A stretch of DNA of 64,000 nucleotides from Eledone cirrhosa (lineage: Eukaryota): assembly GCA_964016885.1 (NCBI GenBank), contig OZ024740.1:382354001-382418000 (forward strand), read 5' to 3'. Both the position numbers and the translations under genes were made by a program. Shown here piece after piece: positions 53,984 through 64,000 of the stretch. Under the pieces are notes generated by a model that was not told where the DNA came from, did no database searches, and saw only the letters and a program-made list of their open reading frames with translations. The first letter of the stretch is position 1; each line of letters opens with the position of its first letter.

Positions 53984-56900
53984 GCACACATCGTTGGAAA
54001 AATTATGACAAAGGAAAGAATAACTGGGATGATAAGCTAGACAAATGTCGTTATTAGTTTCACGTATAACGTACCATATATTATACTTTATTATAACTTA
54101 CCATTTTAAATGCATTGGGCTTTAATTTTATTTGCAAACATTTTTTATTATGGCTAAAATAACAATGGTGGTATTTTGCTCTGCAACTTTAAGTTACATT
54201 CAACTCCGACCATTACTTTTACCGATACTGAATAAAGAAATAATAAATGCGTCTGTAGTTCTATGTCTTATCTATTATCTCATTTTCCTATAAAAAAATG
54301 AATATAATTTTTTCTTTTATTATTTTGAACAACATTTCCTTTCCAAAATGTACGATATACCCTAATATTTTTAAAGTATATATATTTTCTTAAACAAGTT
54401 AAATAAGTTCTATTGATTTATAAACTCTGATATTTTGTTTTTCTTCCTGACTCTCATGTCCGTAATATTCATTCATATTTCGTTCCAAGTGCATATTGTT
54501 TATATTTTAGTGAATTTTCTTTTCTTTTCAACATAGTTCGCTGTTACTAATATTTGTGTCCCTATTGCTTGTGTTAACATATCTTTCTTTCATCTCTTTT
54601 CTGTTGGTATTAACACTAAAATATTGAATACTATCTAATAATAGACGCTTCAAAAAAATGTGTTGAGTGATTAGATAGTATGTTGTTTAGACGTGTCTAC
54701 AAATAGTTATAAAAGTTCTTTAATAGCTTTCACATATATTGTGAAAGCTACGCACGTATCACATATAAATGCACACATATATATAATACACACAGATGCA
54801 TAGAAACACACACACATATGCTTGTATAGAAAGATGGATGGATATGTAGGTGAGAGTGAGAAAGATATAATATAGACGAAAGAGGTTAGAACCAACATAA
54901 AAATATTACAATTTGGACAAATCAAACAAAATGGCATATTATATGACGTTAGTTCTTTTTTGTTATGTTTTGTATCTGCTTTTTTATTTTATTATTCACA
55001 AATCTGTCTTCAATCAGTCTGTATAGGAAAGTGAACAATTTTTATTTTCCCACATGAAATTGCTAGAATCAAATAAAATACGTTTTATTTCATAATCGTA
55101 TTGGATGTCGTCTCCGTCTAAAATAGATTTTATATTGTTATCATTTTCACTGATTGTAAATCTTTACTTTTTGCTCTTAAAATAAAATCGTATCACTATT
55201 TTTTCGAATATGATATGACAGTGATTTTGCAATTTGAGAAGGAAAATGTAGTCATTTGTTGTAGATAATAAAACACTTTACTCGTTGTGGTGACAGGACG
55301 CTTCTTGAATTTTCTCAAATGTTTCCTTCAATGCATTTTATAAATCTCAACTGAAGGCCTACAACGCCGCCCCGTTCTATATCATCATCTGTCTTTTCGA
55401 TTCGTTCTGAACAGTTCCGGTGTTCACGAAAGTTGGAAATTTTTCCTGATATATACTGACTTGACGTGTTCAGCATAATCGTCAACCTCATCAATTTCCC
55501 CTGTCTGGAAAGAGCTGCTAACGTCACGAGTAGCAACCCTACCCTCATAGCCAAATCATATAACGATCAACAGATAAATATTCTAATGATGCAATTTGTG
55601 AAACCAATATGAGCGAAAATAATGATCTTAGAAATTTTAAATGAAATTTCTTTTGCATACAAGCGAGCATCAATACAGATTGCATCATTCACAATTTACT
55701 GGTCTGGTAAAAAACAATAGAAATAATTCACAGTTGTATAAATAATATTATAAATATTGATGGAAATATGAAAGCAAAAGAAGAAAAAAAGAGAAAATGA
55801 GGATAAAAACAAAAACTAAAAACAGACGAAAGGGGAAGAGGTAAAGAAGAGCAGACCAGACAGTGTTGGAAATTAAATGAGAGGAAAAGTAGGAAAAAAG
55901 CAAGAACTATGAGGCCACGGAAGAAAGTGGTGGGGAGAGGGAGATGGGTTCTATGCCTAGGGTGGGGTTGTGTTTAGGTTACGCCTTGCGGACAAAACTG
56001 CAAAGGCATTTCCGCGTATAATGGCTAGCTACATTCGTTGCAACAGCCACCACACCTCGCGAGGTTCCTTCCTCAGATGATCCGATTTTGTGGAGTAACC
56101 CGACAGTATGATGTCTGAGGACGGTTGAGGTCTCGACGGCGATCAGTGCAAAGAGGAAGCGGCCGGAGAAACCCCAGTATTTGCTTGTCTTGCTGTCCTT
56201 TGCATTCCGGGCTGCAATACGGGGTTTTTGGCATTAATGCAAATTATAAAACCAAACCAATGATGTATATATATATACACACATACTTATACGTAGGACA
56301 TATTTTTATAATTTATGAAATGGGTAACCTTAAACATATATATTTAACTACTTAATCCAAAGAAATAATTAATCTCACAAAAGCGAACGTTATGCTCCTT
56401 TATACTTCATTCGCCGCACATGTACAATCGGAAGTTGAAATTAAAAAGCTGTATTCGATATTGTCCTGGTGTACTTAAATCCACCTCTAGATCACGATAA
56501 GAAATGTTTTTATGAAAGTTATAATCAGTAGATTCTCCTTAATTACTCTCAATATCACAAAATCATAATTACTCTATCTCAATATCACAAAATCACTATT
56601 TCATTTCACCTCTTACGTTCAGATTACTAATTTATTATCTCGTATTCAGGAGAAATGTTAATGACAACGTTATTTCTCCAAATACTTTCGGTATAGTGTC
56701 TATTATATAATATTTCATCTCAATTTACTATGCCGAAACACTATCTATATTGTCATGTGTTTTGGTAACTAGGTTACCACAATAATATCATGATATATTT
56801 GTACGCAAAATGATGTACACGAATTGCTGTTAGTGGTAAAAAATTCAGCAGGTCTTCCAGAGAAGAACCCGCCCTCCTGCTAGTGTTTATTTTTAGTTGT

Positions 56901-57605
56901 CAATATTTATGTCTTTCTATTGTCGCAGTTGCTTGCACTGTTCAGTTTCTGACAGCTCATATTATTTTTTTTTGTTTTTATCATTACGGTTGTTATTGTG
57001 GTTGCTACTACTTACCTTGTAAAATAAACAAAAATATATGCCAATGCGTGTTTAAAAAATATCAATTTGGCCTGAAACGAAACATTACTTTCATATCTCA
57101 TTAAATGGGAGATTTAAGAGAACATTTTTAATCGCGTTTAGCGAGGCTTAATTTAAGACTTTTGAAATACAAATAATATTTATTTTTGTTGATGCAGTAA
57201 CATTGTGGTTATTATTTTCTTATTTCTATCATTATTATCCTAAGCATTGTCATTATCATATAATTTATTTTTAAACTTCGTTTTTATCTAGTTGTGGAGA
57301 TTGTTTTGTTTCTCTAGCAGGCTATAAGGAAGAATAATGTAGAGCGTGAAGTTGAGAGTTATTGGGAGAAATAAGTGATAAAATAAGAGAAAGAAAGAAA
57401 TAATAAGAAATTGAGGGCTATGACTGGGAGGAAGGGATATATGGATTAGGAAAGTGTGATGCATGTGGATTGGGGAAGAAAGTGTCATGTTATTATTAAA
57501 CGCCTAGTCACATCAATCATTCCTTATAGATAACAATTCTTGTCATTTATTAGATTCGTTTCTTTATATGTATGTATGTATGTATGACATACAAACACAC
57601 ACATA

Positions 57606-57660
<55 letters not shown>

Positions 57661-57662
<2 letters not shown>

Positions 57663-58390
57663 GAACGAAGAGGCGGATCTTCAGGTCTTTACGAAGGTCC
57701 GACTTCCACAACGATCTCAAGCTGTGGCGCGGCGTCCAGGCTTTGCTCTTCCTCTCAACCACATCATCTTCCGTATTCCCAATCTTTGCTTCCCAAAACA
57801 GGAAGTCCTCAACCAATTCTAGCGGCTTCCCGCCTAGATTAGTAATCTTCTCTGGCTTCTAAATATTCTTACCAGATATTTCGTCTTATTTTCATCCATT
57901 CTCAGCCCCACACTCATCGACAGTCTCCACCTCCTGCATCAAATCCTCTGACTCCTTCACTGTGTTTATCACCAAAACTACGTCGTCGGAAAATTCAGCA
58001 TCCGATATCTGACCACAAAACTTACTCAGATGGTGGATAGGTGCTACACGAAAATGCTGAGGATGGCTCTAAACATTAATCAGTATACACTGAGGATGAA
58101 GAACTCAGAGATGTACGGGAGCCTCCCAAAAGTCAGCTCAAAAGTGACACAGAGGAGACTGAGCTTAGCTGGACATGTTCACCGACATCTAGACTTGACA
58201 CTGCACTCAGTGATCCTACGGGATCCCCTGCATGAACACACTGGAAAACGAAGACCGAGGTTAACATATGTCGATGCCCTAAGGACAGACACTGGTCTCT
58301 TGGAGACGCAGGACATGGCAGCGATAATGAGGGACAGAGACCGCTGGAGAGAACTCGTCCATGGATCTCGGGAATTTTATCCGCTCTAGA
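57661..58390. mobile_element. RTE-type LINE fragment with 5' inversion, inserted in (TA)n
   Basis: 57661-58010(-): ISDAEFSDDVVL...LVEDF..RKSKAW..LWKSDL..LKIRLF. 58010-58389(+): LTTKLTQMVDRCYTKMLRMALN..LAGHV.RH..DTGL..RDRWR. Confidence 0.8.
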
Positions 58391-58392
58391 TG

Positions 58393-58477
<85 letters not shown>

Positions 58478-58592
58478 GCTTGTCGATTGATTTTCATCAA
58501 ATCGGACCGAGGAAACAATGTTTTTGTTGGTCTTTCCAATTGCTAATGCCATCTATCGGTTTCAATCCCAGGTAGAATATATATATATATTT

Positions 58593-58910
58593 GAAGGCGC
58601 GTGGTCGTGTGGTTACTGTACTCGGCTCATCATAATAAGGTGCGTTGTGACCTTCAGCAAGTCAATTCATTTCACGCTGATCCAGTCCACTCAGTTGGCA
58701 AAACTGAATTGTAACTGTAATTCGGAGGGCCAGCTTTGTCACAGTCTGTTTCACGCTGAATCTCCCTGAGAATTACGTTAAAGTTACGCATGCCTGTGGA
58801 ATGTTCAGCCACTTGCAGGTTAATTTCACGAGTAGGCACTTCCGTTGATAGTATCAACTGGAACACTCGTCTTCGTAACCGACGGAGAGGACTCCATTTA
58901 TATGCGTGTG
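58593..58910 (+). mobile_element. tRNA-derived SINE (degenerate head)
   Basis: ggcgcgtggtcgtgtgg head; gcgttgtgaccttcagcaagtc..tttcacg block shared with the 26870 SINE. Confidence 0.6.
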
Positions 58911-58914
58911 TGTT

Positions 58915-58964
<50 letters not shown>

Positions 58965-59100
58965 CAGAAGGGATACTCAATTTGTTGGTAATTCAACAAA
59001 TATAAATGTTTATAACTGGTTCAGAGCACTCAACAGTTTCTGGAGTATATTATACAATGATATTAAATAAATGGAAAATATATTTATAAAACCATATTTA

Positions 59101-59157
59101 TTCTATTATATATATTTCAAGGTTACCAAAATGTTGGTACGTTATCATCAGATAAAA
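59101..59157 (-). ncRNA. Type I hammerhead ribozyme
   Basis: rc: ttttat CTGATGA taacgtaccaa..ttggtaacctt GAAA tatata TA atagaa. Confidence 0.65.
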
Positions 59158-59250
59158 TACGAAGTGTCTTTTATAAATTTCCTTGGAAAACTTGAACCGT
59201 TAAGGTATATTCTCCTTGGTTATGTCAACATTTATAAAACACTCTTCGTA

Positions 59251-59307
59251 TTTTATCTGATGATAGCGTACCAAAATGTTGGTACCCTTGAAATATATAT
59301 CATAGAA
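59251..59307 (+). ncRNA. Type I hammerhead ribozyme
   Basis: ttttat CTGATGA tag-c-gtaccaa-aatg-ttggtac-c-ctt GAAA tatata TC atagaa. Confidence 0.75.
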
Positions 59308-59348
59308 TAAATATGGTTTTATAAATATAGTTTACATTTATTTAATAT

Positions 59349-59407
<59 letters not shown>

Positions 59408-59972
59408 TTGGAAAGGGTTGAAGCGATTAGTGTACATGAATATTCGTAAAGTTTGAGTATTTCGTGCGAAAGGTAGCTGTAAACAGCCGAATACTATTTG
59501 CATAATAAACCTTTTTTTTTTTGTAGTTAAGGGTTAACCACCAATCGAAGGGAGATTCGTGGTTATATCTTAACCCCCAAACCCACCCACCCCGCACTAA
59601 AATGTTTGCTATGCAAATAGTATACAGCTGGTAAAGGCTACATTTTGCGCTGCGAATACTCAACTTTTACGAATATATATATATAAATATATTTATAATT
59701 GGATGCTTAGTAAAATCGAATCTCTGGCGGTGTGCAAGCAAATTCTACCTACTATATGAATGAGTTAGCAAAGCACTCGACAAGGTAGGTCCTTAGAGTA
59801 ATAACATACGTTTAAATAGCTTGACAAATTGAACATTGTGGTAGGCAAAAATCTAACAGACAATACCAAAATAACGAAAGAACTAACAGGTTGAGAAAAA
59901 ATACACCTGGACAAATCAAACGTTATACGTTTAAAATGTTTCTATGAATCCAAAATCAAATATCATACTCAC

Positions 59973-60065
59973 GTAACTGGCAAGCTCGTGGTATTCATGA
60001 TCGAACAGAGGATTCAATTCATCAACAGGTTTTCGTCTACCAAAGAACGGGGCGAGATGTTGCCG
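59973..60065 (-). CDS. Possible isolated internal coding exon (93 nt, phase 0): RQHLAPFFGRRKPVDELNPLFDHEYHELASY
   Basis: Acceptor ttctctgctgctAG, consensus donor GTGAGT, length a multiple of 3, only one open frame. No homology recognised. Confidence 0.35.
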
Positions 60066-60205
60066 CTAGCAGCAGAGAATCGTATATACATAATATGGGT
60101 GACTGTGACCTATATACACTGGTCATAGACACATATTCATACACACACGCACATATATACATACACATACACACTACACACACACACATACACACACAAA
60201 CACAT

Positions 60206-60273
<68 letters not shown>

Positions 60274-60469
60274 ACTTAGAAACCCTTCCTATTTAGCAGG
60301 AAATATTCGCTACATGTATCCTGTTCTAAGACAAGTTATACATATGACTTAATATCCAGTCACCAAATTCGAGTTAGATACAGTTATTCTGTATACGATT
60401 CTTTGAAGTCACTTGTTATAATTTCATTCAACAACACCATCACACGCCCCCCCCCCACACACACACTCA

Positions 60470-60503
<34 letters not shown>

Positions 60504-61449
60504 ACTTTTCTGTCTCCTTATCTCTCTCCCTGCGTCTCTCTTTCAATCTACTTTCTTACAACCACTATCTCTGTCTCTCTCTCTCTATTTATGAAGGTAC
60601 CCGGAAAACCCCCGTATCTAGAGAAACTGTGCTCCGATTTATGCGAAAATAGTTTTATTCCATTTGAATTCCCATTTCAGAGGCAATTTCCTTTCAAAGT
60701 ATTTTCCCCTTATGCGCCTTTTTGGCTATATTAAATTACAGACAAGCACATACTCCCAGAGTTTTAGTAGTATATAGATATACCTATACATGTGAGTACA
60801 GTTGATATGTTTTTAAAGGCTAGGCTTGTATCCTCTGCATTTTTATTGCTTAAATTTGTGGGGTTGTAATAGTAGTGTCGTCTTTTATTTACTGTTCTTG
60901 ATGTCTAGCAGTAAAATTTGTCAGGATGAATCTGGTCATAGTAATTTTAGGATGAAGGCTCTAATGTTTGTGGTGAGGGTGACTGTGTTATCACTGCTTT
61001 GATGGAAATCATTTAGGTATAGACTCATATTTCTGTTTAGTACTGAGTTGTAATTGTGGTACACGTCAAGCTGCTGGAAGCGATACTGATATTTCAGTAC
61101 AATAAATGTACACATGATGATAAAGCAGTTTGTCATGGTTTTGTTACTTCGAACATCTTCAGTACTGAAAATGGAAACCAACTAACAACGATGTTCTAAC
61201 CATATCATTCGATGTTTATCGATGGGTGTGTTGTTCAATACGTTCTTTCATTTTTAAATTTGTGGAATCCGACCTGTGATACTTTAGTTGATCACTATAT
61301 TTGTAGGTAATGGTCGTAGTTGTGGAGGTGTTAAATACAAGATGTTAGTTATGTTGGTCATTTCGAATTTCTGATCGTGCAAATCTATGCCCAAAGGCAT
61401 TTAAGCTGTGACGACCCTATCTCTTTATGACAATATCTCTCATTGCTTT

Positions 61450-61597
61450 GGCGCATAGAGTTACGGCCCTTGCTATTCTGAGTTCAAATCCCGCCGAGGT
61501 TAACTTTGCCTTTCATCCTTACGGGGTCGATAAAATAAGTACCAGTAATACACTGGGTAATTGCTGGCCTTGTGCCTAACGTAGAAACAATTATTTA
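61450..61597 (+). mobile_element. tRNA-derived SINE (Meta-like)
   Basis: gagttcaaatcccgccgaggttaactttgcctttcatccttacggggtcgataaaataagtaccag. Confidence 0.8.
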
Positions 61598-61784
61598 GTG
61601 TGGAATTTATTAATTATCACAGAATGGTGTGATTTCAGGAAAGCGTGGCTGGTATTTCTTTGCTGGTGGATCAAAAAAAAAAGTTCTAGTGGATCTAGTG
61701 ACCAGGTAAAGCTCATCTGCTTCATGCTCCTGATGAAGTTGGCCCTGGCAGTACTGGTAACCGAGTAATATATAATTTATACAT

Positions 61785-61968
61785 AATTGTTTATACTTTT
61801 GGCACAAGGTCAGCAATTACCCAGTTCATTATTGGTACTTTATTTTATCGACCCCGTAAGGAAGAAAGGCAAAGTTAACCTCGGCGGGATTTGAACTCAG
61901 ACCGTAAAGGGACGTAACTATGCTGGAAAGCATGGCGTCCGACTCTCTACCGATACTGCCAATCCACG
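61785..61968 (-). mobile_element. tRNA-derived SINE (Meta-like), inverted relative to the 61450 copy
   Basis: Reverse complement of the same core with intact 5' head. Confidence 0.8.
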
Positions 61969-62419
61969 GGATTTGAACATAATGAAATTAAATTATCTGT
62001 ATTTTTGCTTCACTCTCTCACTCTCTTTCTCTCTTTTTCACTCTGTCTATTTCCCTAAATAATTTTCTTCTTTTCATCAAGTCAAGCTTATTGATTTAAA
62101 TATTCCATTCGCATATACAACGGTAAATTACGCAACGAATAATGATAATGTGGTTTCCTCTTGTATTAATTAAAAATTACGGATATTTGGACCGAATTAG
62201 AATGTGACATTTTATACACATTTGCACAGATATCCTGAAAAGCTAATACTTCAAGTTTATTTTGATCTCGCCTTAAAATAGACATATCAAATGGGAACAC
62301 AATATGCATCTCAGCAATTTGACTATATATAATTTACTTGTTCAGTTAGCTTGTCAAATATTTTCTCACATCTAGGTTTCTTCATGCACATTGAAACACG
62401 CCTATTTAAAATGCATATT

Positions 62420-62457
62420 CTATCTATCTATCTATCTATCTATATATCTATCTATAC

Positions 62458-62551
<94 letters not shown>

Positions 62552-62552
62552 A
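62420..62552. repeat. (TATC)n microsatellite
   Basis: Direct observation. Confidence 0.97.
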
Positions 62553-62819
62553 TGTCTCTCTCTCTGTCGTGAAGAATAGTTTTAGTGTGTCGTTGTGGGA
62601 TACTTGATGTGCCAGGTAAGCTTCTATTTTTCACCGTCGCTATTTTTCTGTTTTTCCTGTTTGATATGGTATTTGTTGACTAGTTGCCTGGCAAAACTGT
62701 TTGTTTGTACTCTGTGTACAGGATGCTCGGATTCCTTTATTCTTCGTTCAGTCTAGCTCTCACACTCTTAGTGAGGGTTTGACATTGCCAGCAATTCTTT
62801 CAATTTGAGCCTAAGTAAT

Positions 62820-62925
62820 ATAATTGTTTCTATTTTTAGGCACAATGCCAGCAATTATCCAGTACATTACTGGTACTTTATTTTATCGACCCCGTAAGGA
62901 GGAACGGCAAAGTTAACCTCGGCAA
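62820..62925 (-). mobile_element. 5'-truncated SINE (Meta-like)
   Basis: tggtactttattttatcgaccccgtaaggaggaacggcaaagttaacctcggc. Confidence 0.75.
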
Positions 62926-62959
62926 GCCTACATAATATAATGATCGCTTTTCTATATGA

Positions 62960-63485
62960 CGTTCAGCTTCGTCGTGACAGAAGAGGATACACATAGTATC
63001 GTTATTAACCCTTTTTGCGACCTAGTGTCATTGGTCAGAGTGGATCATAGGTACTTAAAGGTGTCCACGTATTTAAGTCTACCTCCGTCCAGCACGATAT
63101 TGATAGCTTTATTATCGTTATGACTATTGTTGTTTACTGCGGGTATCACACTTCTGTGTGTTCCTACAAATCATTTCCAATCCAGTGCTGATATCCTGGA
63201 ATTCTGCTTCTCATTTCCTAGCAGGTCAATTGACAAAACACAGGTTGGAAATGAGCCGGCCTCCGCTGGAAACAGGAATCGAAGTCTCAGAATGTTTCTT
63301 AATTGATGTTATTGGAGAGCAAAAGGGAGGGTAAATATATTTGTCGAACTCCCACAATTATCCTGAAGAACTGCACTCTTCGAATTTCCATGTAGTCCTC
63401 CAATACTTGGATGGGGTTGCTGTCAAAGTTCTCATCCTTCATCATCTGTCTCAAACCTTCGTGTCAGACATGGTCAAAGGTTTTA

Positions 63486-63487
<2 letters not shown>
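62960..63487 (-). mobile_element. Degenerate LINE (RTE-like) RT fragment
   Basis: KTFDHV*HEGL (KAFD motif) and DTFKYL*STLTND on the minus strand. Confidence 0.5.
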
Positions 63488-63526
<39 letters not shown>

Positions 63527-64000
63527 TTTACATATATATATACATACATATACATATACGTGTTTTGCAACTGGTCACTTTGTGGCTCAATGAAAAATTA
63601 ATAAATTAAACAATCAGAGCTATATATCATAAAACATGTCTATAGAATCACAAGATAAAATATATACTATTTCCTCTCCCAATTAGCATAATTAACCATA
63701 TAAAAAATCGAATAGACCAGGCTATAAGAATGAGCCTTCTATGAAGAAATCTCCGACAAATAACCAAAACTAGCGCTTCGCGTCGGCCGTAGTGGGATAT
63801 TTATCGAATATTTCGACAGCGTAATAGCCCAGATATAGTCAACTAAACAGAATTAGGTGTAAAATAAACTAGGAGAAAATAGAATACATTTAAATACCTC
63901 TACCATGATTTCGTCCGTATTTTGAGTTTTCCAATAATTATGTAATAATTATATAAACTCGAGCGCCGGATTCATCAGGAAGCTCGCTCTTATCTAGACA

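Larger units (their letters stand above)
58962..59355. mobile_element. Fold-back element with an HHR on each arm, flanked by (TA)n
   Basis: Arms ~59052-59179 and ~59230-59355; the left side has ~90 bp extra; homologous to 37814-38100. Confidence 0.85.

Noticed and set aside
55280-55554. Exon or secreted-protein ORF (MAMRVGLLLVTLAALS...)
   Set aside because: There is a possible acceptor at 55505, but the frames close quickly and no motif is recognisable; it could equally be a decayed transposon.
61728-61760. CTGATGA as a hammerhead core
   Set aside because: No stem II or GAAA follows; chance match.

Overview
Eukaryotic, AT-rich, microsatellite-dense and essentially non-genic DNA. The SINE and LINE content suggests an animal, most likely a coleoid cephalopod (Octopus-like); this is inference. 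No intact protein-coding gene is visible, and most listed ORFs are microsatellite artefacts. Transposon relics present: two Dong/R4-type RLE retrotransposons stacked in a (TAA)n tract, a Chapaev-like DDE transposase, three or four Penelope-like elements (PLEs) of Naiad type (RT + C-terminal GIY-YIG), a HERO-type RLE fragment, several RTE-type LINE fragments (one with a twin-priming inversion), a non-autonomous Helitron, and tRNA-derived SINEs. The main signal lies between 23 and 60 kb: about 15 hammerhead-ribozyme (HHR) motifs, each near a (TA)n tract. Many sit in 300-550 bp non-coding fold-back elements with an HHR on each arm, i.e. on both strands. Two such elements share the same fold point. 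Five HHR loci from at least three sequence families share a pyrimidine-pyrimidine mismatch at position 4 of stem II, and one family has the compensatory U3-A8 catalytic core. All folds were read by eye and are untested.
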